Positions 63,817 to 64,000 of a stretch of 64,000 bases of DNA are shown here, piece by piece. The translations under genes and the position numbers were made by a program. The stretch's first letter is position 1; every line of letters starts with the position of its first letter. This stretch comes from Candidatus Methylacidiphilales bacterium (lineage in GTDB: Bacteria; Verrucomicrobiota; Verrucomicrobiia; Methylacidiphilales; Verrucolacustridaceae). Below the pieces are notes generated by a model. It saw nothing but the letters and a program-made list of their open reading frames with translations, was not told the DNA's origin and searched no databases. Location of the stretch: NCBI GenBank assembly GCA_044348085.1, contig JBIKTM010000005.1, positions 14,563 to 78,562 of the forward strand. The letters are read 5' to 3'.

Positions 63817-64000
63817 ATTAAACCATCGCGTTCCAGCTCATCGAGCCGACGGTCGTCCGACTGGTCGACTATTTCCGTCACGCCTGTGAGTTCAAGAAGG
63901 ATGTCCAGGCAAAGTGCAATTTTTTCATTTGGGAGACCTGTCGTTTCGATGACGCGACGGTTTCGGGTCAGGTAGGCCCAACTGAAGTCGTCTCCTTGGA
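63813..64000 (-). CDS. 3' end of a hypothetical protein that starts beyond the window
   Basis: Open frame QGDDFSWAYLTRNRRVIETTGLPNEK...DELERDGLM* whose TGA (63813-63815) overlaps the GTG of the next gene. Confidence 0.6.
   Translation of the reverse strand, partial: QGDDFSWAYLTRNRRVIETTGLPNEKIALCLDILLELTGVTEIVDQSDDRRLDELERDGLM

Noticed and set aside
1-64000. tRNA, rRNA or other structured ncRNA genes
   Set aside because: No cloverleaf (GGTTCGAATCC-type T-loop in an intergenic context) or rRNA-like sequence recognised by eye; a covariance-model scan was not possible.

Overview
This 64 kb window is compact bacterial chromosome, most likely Verrucomicrobiota (inferred from PEP-CTERM proteins, H-X9-DG pilin-like genes, a MurC-MurB fusion and PVC-type dcw gene order). 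It opens with a dcw cluster: murE-murF-mraY-murD-LysM-ftsW-murG-murC/B-ddl-ftsQ-ftsA and a strongly degenerate ftsZ. Housekeeping genes follow (glnE, pdhC, lpdA, thiD, comEC, sppA, tilS-ftsH-folP, sufT, hisA, uvrD, miaA-hflX, radC, lpxA, gmd-fcl). Three accessory loci stand out. (1) 32.3-37.2 kb: an operon for a Tat-exported thiocyanate-dehydrogenase (TcDH)-like copper beta-propeller. It keeps all recalled active-site residues except one Cu3 His, which is Gln. It is followed by a MacB-type permease with no canonical start codon, an ABC ATPase fused to an extracytoplasmic domain, and a CxC redoxin. (2) 59.1-61.9 kb: a CxxC/polyproline leader ORF resembling CruR/DUF2946, upstream of surface proteins with predicted N-terminal His and a pilin-like gene. 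This is a candidate metal (Cu)-regulated surface acquisition operon. (3) 16.4-20.2 kb: an island where two unrelated genes each sit between the same pair of 5' and 3' repeats, with a DinJ-YafQ toxin-antitoxin pair between them. All family assignments come from motif recognition by eye; no database searches were run.
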